NCBI GenBank assembly: GCA_964019335.1
Contig: OZ025659.1
Location: forward strand, 434,001 to 498,000
Source: Diplonema japonicum
Taxonomy: Eukaryota > Protista > Euglenozoa: Diplonemea
Length of the DNA stretch: 64,000 nucleotides
Direction: 5' to 3'
The notes under the pieces were generated by a model. It was given only the letters and a program-made list of their open reading frames with translations. It had not been told where the DNA came from and ran no database searches. Below are positions 59,871-64,000 of this stretch, piece after piece. Numbering within the stretch: the stretch's first letter is position 1; every line of letters begins with the position of its first letter. Position numbers and translations under genes: made by a program.

Positions 59871-60720
59871 GGTGATGCAGGCGCCGGCGTCGGCACCGCC
59901 ATCTGCGACCTCCGGTACCGCATCCACCACCAGTTCGTGGAATGGGCGCGAAGGATGGAACTGGAGAACGAACAGGAGAGGAAGACCATGGAGGCCCGGC
60001 TCGTCGACATGGAGAGGAAGAACGCGTCGACATAGAGAGGAAGAACGCGTCGACATGGAGAGGAAGAACGCGTCGACATGGATAGGAAGAACGTGTCGAC
60101 GGCCAACTTGTTGATGTTCGTGCAACAGAACGTGCAAACGCTGAGCGAGCAGATGGGAGTGATGGCTGCACGTCTGGAGCAGTTGGACGTAATTGCTTCT
60201 GCGGTGAACAGCCTCGCACAGGCGGTGGGCTCAATCCAGAAGGAGATGCAGGAACAGGCGAAAGCGGCAAGGAAGACAGGCGGGAAGAGGAAGTGCGAGG
60301 GCGAGCCGGGCAACAAGAAAGCGGCCTCAGGTGCCCTTGTCCCCACCGCTGGAATAGGCAGGGAGATGACGCCGATGATCATGCCCAACAGCGCCCCCCT
60401 TTGTGCCGCGGCAGCTAGCGGGACACCTGTGCAGCAGCAGCTAACCCCGATGGTCGCCCCCCTGGCTGTCCAGGACATCGACACCGAGTTCAATTGAAGT
60501 GCGGACTGGGACGTCCGGAGGGACGTCCAGTCGGGTGGCGCCAGGGACCCCGATTCGCTCATAATCACCACACTCAATGTGGGGTCCCTGAGCAACAAAG
60601 TTGACGAGGTCCTGGCTATGAGGAGCGACGTGACATGCCTGCAGGAAGTGAAGCTGACAGAGCACGGCCAGGAGATGGTTGAGAGACAGGTTTGCACGCT
60701 GTGGAAGGTCAGCCTTCCCC
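59871..60720 (+). mobile_element. degenerate non-LTR retrotransposon-like fragment (coiled-coil region + start of APE/EEP endonuclease)
   Basis: A single frame interrupted by TAG 60033-60035 and TGA 60495-60497 continues into LIITTLNVGSLSNKVDEVLAMRSDVTCLQEVKLT (APE motifs I and II). It is truncated afterwards. Confidence 0.65.
60004..60100 (+). repeat. 23-nt tandem repeat, about 4.2 copies
   Basis: tcgacatggagaggaagaacgcg units at 60004, 60027, 60050 and 60073, with no spacers. Confidence 0.9.
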
Positions 60721-61102
60721 GCCAACGCCAAATCAAGGGTACACACCCTTCGACATCTTGGGGGCCCGACGGCACACGGCTACAACAGGAGACCACTCTT
60801 CTCCTCGAGCCAAACCGCCCCCTACCTAGCACGACTCCAAGCAATGTTTCTCGCCCAGATGCCGTCCATCTCATCGCGACAAACAGCCACCGCAGGCACC
60901 AGACAGCAACCGCAGAACGGTGACCGATTAGTGTGCATTTCTACCTGAACAGTGAGCACCCCCATGCACACTGAAATTTTATCGAGTTTTTTTTTTTGTA
61001 ACTCCCCTTTTGTACCTTGTTTTTTATTCTTTTTTTTTCTTTCCCCCGCAAGAAAGAAAAGAGAAAAAAAAAAGCGAGAAGGTAAAAAAAAAAAAAAAAA
61101 AA

Positions 61103-64000
61103 ATGGTCCGGAATGCTAAGGATCTGCTCCAAACGTTCAGCTTGCGTGTGACGGGTGGTGTCTGTGGGGACATGCTAGTCGGCTGCGCGAAGGGGACCCG
61201 CGGGGGGCTAATCCAGCTGGTCGGGGATAAGAACACGATTGTCAAACCGATCAAATGCTGTTTGGACATGATGAAAGAGGACAAAACAATATGGGATGAA
61301 TTCCTGGTAAAACTAGCGAAGGTAGAGCGGTACGCAGGGCTGGACACCAAGGCCCGAGAAAAAAAAGTCTGGAAGGAAGCAAAGGACGTATCGACGAATC
61401 TCCCCGTCTCACAAGGCGTCGAAGGCATGCGCATAAGAGTCCTCTCCTTGCCGCAGACCATCGTCGAACGAGTCGACGAGGCAAACATGCAAAGAATCTT
61501 GGAGAAGGAGGACGGTTGGCGTGTTCAGGACCTCCTGGCCATTGACGGCCTCTCCGTACCAGGATCCACGAAGCCCTCCCTTGTCTTCCTAACGGGTTGG
61601 TGGAAGGTCACAACAGACACAACCATGGTGCCCGTCGACAAAAACCTGGATTTTTCCGGAACGTGTATTGACATCACCAGCGGTGCACAATACGCAGATA
61701 CTCTGCTGATACCCGATACGGTTACTCATATGTACGTTCTTACAAATTTCGCGTCGAAATATCGGAAAACAACGAAGGGCTACGTTCGCGACGGTGACGG
61801 TACCGATATTGGGTTTTTGGTCCCGCCGATGAACGCAAAGCGGCCTGGGTTCGAAGTCGTTGGAAACGAGAAGACCGCGCTTGACGAAGCTTTCAACCAC
61901 TTCGGAACAGGAATCTTCAAATCCGCATTGCAAAAAATGATCAGATTCACCCCGAAAAACGTTTGCCTCCCGTCGGGTGCCTCCATCCCTGGCGACGTTG
62001 TCGTCCGTTACCTGTTCTGCAGGCTGCGTGATTCAAACGGGCAGTTCGTTCCAGACATCCAACGATGGGTGGGCGGGGTTGAAAGTCTTGCGAAGCGTGG
62101 AGCGGTTTCCGGATTTGAAGACAGCAACCCTTCTCTCGATGCAAGCGGCGTCGCTTCGCTCTTCAGCGGGGCGCTCCTTGCTCAACGAGTCCCTTCTTGG
62201 AAACCCTGCCAAGAAACGCAGGAGAAATGGCTCGCAACCCTTTTAAAACTCTACAACTCCCCCACCGCAGCCACATACAGTATCAAGGCAGGCCTTGCAC
62301 TCAAACCGTACACCCTCCCTGATAGTGAGAACCCCATCCAAGCATCGTCCGCCATTCTAGACGAGCTACGATCTTTCCAAGGTGATCTTGCCCTCACTAG
62401 GAATACAGCCCATCTTTACACTACTAAAAAAGCCTTAGCGACCACTACGTACAAGGCAAGGCCAGCTACGATGCCGCTTCCCGAGCATGCTATTGATCAG
62501 CATGTCAACCCCAACATCGTGTACCTGTTCCCGTACCCCATTGAGTTTGGACTCGGTGCACCCGGAGCGCCGTTCAAACCGTTGCTGTCCGAATTCTTCG
62601 TCGAGGTGACGGGCGTGAACCCCAGGAAGACCAACGCGAACGGTTTTGAAGCCCGCGGGTTCGTCAAAAAATGCAGGTCCGTTCAGACCACGTTTAGAAA
62701 AATCCTGCAAGCCACCCCAACCCCACGGAAATCCATCAAAACAATGACGGTTCAAGAGGAAGTTGACAGCTCGTGGATAGCGGGGATGGTGGGTGTTGTC
62801 AATGTAGGGAAAGTCAACGGAGTGGCCATGGTTGTCACCTTGAGCGTGGAAGACCCTTTAAAACTCGTGGCGGTCCGCGCTCCTGCAAGGGGTGCAACCG
62901 ACAACATGCTACACGATGCGGAAAGACAGGAGGAGGCAAAGCTTCGCTGCAAGAACATGTTGAAGAAAGGTGTTGCCATGAACAACATACGCCCGGCACC
63001 GCATTCTTCCCTCGCGTCGTGCGAGGCTGTGCTCCACTGCGACGAAGACAATAACCCAGAGTCGTTCTCCGTCCGAGCAAAGGGGGGAAAGCTCACACCG
63101 TGGGACGAAGCAAAATCTCTAAAGCTCACCATCCCCGTGCATAAGCCACTCCCTGTCAACCTTGACACCGCTGTTAACTATTCTGGCGACGGTGTTGAAG
63201 AGGACTTCGAAGAAAAGCTCAAAGAGATCCTTGACAAAACCGACAAGAAGGTTACAAGACGCAGTCTTATGTACATCTCTGAGAACAAAACGAGATTTCG
63301 CATGAGCAACGTGTCCCGTGATGGTGGGGGGACGGAAGGCGCAGTCGTGAAAGAGGACATCGGTGTGTACCAGCTGCTGATGAACATTTCAGTGGTTTGT
63401 CCTGTCGCAGTTGCGCCTGTCCGGCACCATCCGTTTTCATTCGCGGTGAAAAGCCTTCCCATGCTGTGGAGGGTGCGCAGGCTCATAACAGAGCACCTTT
63501 CTACAACTGAAACCAGTGAAGCCTCAGCTTGGCCTTCTGACATCGACGACAGGTTGAACAGAGTTGTGATGCCACATCAGAAAGAAGCTTTGCAGGACAT
63601 GATCAACGCGCACCACCGCAAGCTCCACGGAAACTTCTTATACATCCCTCCTGGAATGGGGAAGACGCTCATCGTCATGTTGTACATCAGATGGTTGGCT
63701 CAGAACAACAGGCTGCCCCCTTACGTCGTGTATACTCTGCCTAAGTCGGCGATGAAGAGTGTTTTGCATGAAATCGTAGCGTTGGGGATGCCGGTGACGG
63801 TGGTACGGCCTGTGAAGTCGAAACAGGTTGTGAAGCTGGCCAAGGAGCTGTTTGAAGGTGTAGACCCTGACCTTGTGAAGGTGGACGACAAGGCGGAAAT
63901 GACAAAATACAGAATAATCATGGCCGAGCACGACGATCTGAGGTTGTGCGAGGAACGCCTCACAGGCCTTGCTTCTGAAGGGTTTCTCTTCATCAACGAC
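61103..64000 (+). CDS. 3'-truncated large superfamily-2 helicase with long uncharacterised N-terminal region (absent from ORF track)
   Basis: An ATG after poly(A) opens 966 codons to the window end. Motifs are Q motif MPHQKEAL, Walker A PPGMGKT (63647-63667), motif Ia YTLPKSA, and a Walker B start FLFIND at the edge. Confidence 0.88.
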   Translation, partial: MVRNAKDLLQTFSLRVTGGVCGDMLVGCAKGTRGGLIQLVGDKNTIVKPIKCCLDMMKEDKTIWDEFLVKLAKVERYAGLDTKAREKKVWKEAKDVSTNLPVSQGVEGMRIRVLSLPQTIVERVDEANMQRILEKEDGWRVQDLLAIDGLSVPGSTKPSLVFLTGWWKVTTDTTMVPVDKNLDFSGTCIDITSGAQYADTLLIPDTVTHMYVLTNFASKYRKTTKGYVRDGDGTDIGFLVPPMNAKRPGFEVVGNEKTALDEAFNHFGTGIFKSALQKMIRFTPKNVCLPSGASIPGDVVVRYLFCRLRDSNGQFVPDIQRWVGGVESLAKRGAVSGFEDSNPSLDASGVASLFSGALLAQRVPSWKPCQETQEKWLATLLKLYNSPTAATYSIKAGLALKPYTLPDSENPIQASSAILDELRSFQGDLALTRNTAHLYTTKKALATTTYKARPATMPLPEHAIDQHVNPNIVYLFPYPIEFGLGAPGAPFKPLLSEFFVEVTGVNPRKTNANGFEARGFVKKCRSVQTTFRKILQATPTPRKSIKTMTVQEEVDSSWIAGMVGVVNVGKVNGVAMVVTLSVEDPLKLVAVRAPARGATDNMLHDAERQEEAKLRCKNMLKKGVAMNNIRPAPHSSLASCEAVLHCDEDNNPESFSVRAKGGKLTPWDEAKSLKLTIPVHKPLPVNLDTAVNYSGDGVEEDFEEKLKEILDKTDKKVTRRSLMYISENKTRFRMSNVSRDGGGTEGAVVKEDIGVYQLLMNISVVCPVAVAPVRHHPFSFAVKSLPMLWRVRRLITEHLSTTETSEASAWPSDIDDRLNRVVMPHQKEALQDMINAHHRKLHGNFLYIPPGMGKTLIVMLYIRWLAQNNRLPPYVVYTLPKSAMKSVLHEIVALGMPVTVVRPVKSKQVVKLAKELFEGVDPDLVKVDDKAEMTKYRIIMAEHDDLRLCEERLTGLASEGFLFIND

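Noticed and set aside
60004-60100. CRISPR-like array
   Set aside because: The units are contiguous with no spacers, there are no cas genes, and the context is eukaryotic.
60495-60497. Selenocysteine or programmed read-through TGA; 2A-like peptide before the APE domain
   Set aside because: No SECIS or DxExNPGP motif is recognisable, and the element has another stop and is truncated.

Overview
Eukaryotic nuclear DNA, most likely a euglenozoan protist (diplonemid-like). This is inferred from the alpha-tubulin tail [14 protein letters not shown], a kinetoplastid mitochondrial-type peroxiredoxin motif and a fully unidirectional gene array that still carries spliceosomal introns. About 29 intact-looking genes all lie on the + strand, separated by homopolymer-rich spacers. 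I could place 24 tiny (34-68 nt) GT-AG introns, many with poly(A) rather than polypyrimidine before the AG. Recognisable genes include an AzgA-type permease-ankyrin fusion, TEP1 (TROVE-NACHT-WD40), Trm3/TARBP1, a THUMP methyltransferase, PhoD, RPS3, alpha-tubulin, a sedolisin/TPP1, two MFS paralogs, an RMDN-like TPR protein, 2-Cys Prx, a degenerate glyoxalase I, adenylate kinase, a DNAJB12-like J protein, and an SF2 helicase at the right edge that the ORF track missed. The most interesting part is a mobile-element hotspot at about 31.9-38.8 kb. It holds four related Crypton-like tyrosine-recombinase (YR) elements, one carrying a YR pseudogene. Their terminal hairpins and subterminal inverted repeats contain recurrent tandem GA/GA and G-T mismatches, plus GCA triloops in two copies. 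These are stabilising on only one strand, which suggests recombination on folded single-stranded DNA. The hotspot also holds a TTAA-flanked piggyBac-type MITE, a mini foldback and a frameshifted OTU fragment. A LINE-like relic lies at about 59.9-60.7 kb. All assignments come from manual motif reading, with no database searches. Homopolymer lengths may contain assembly errors.
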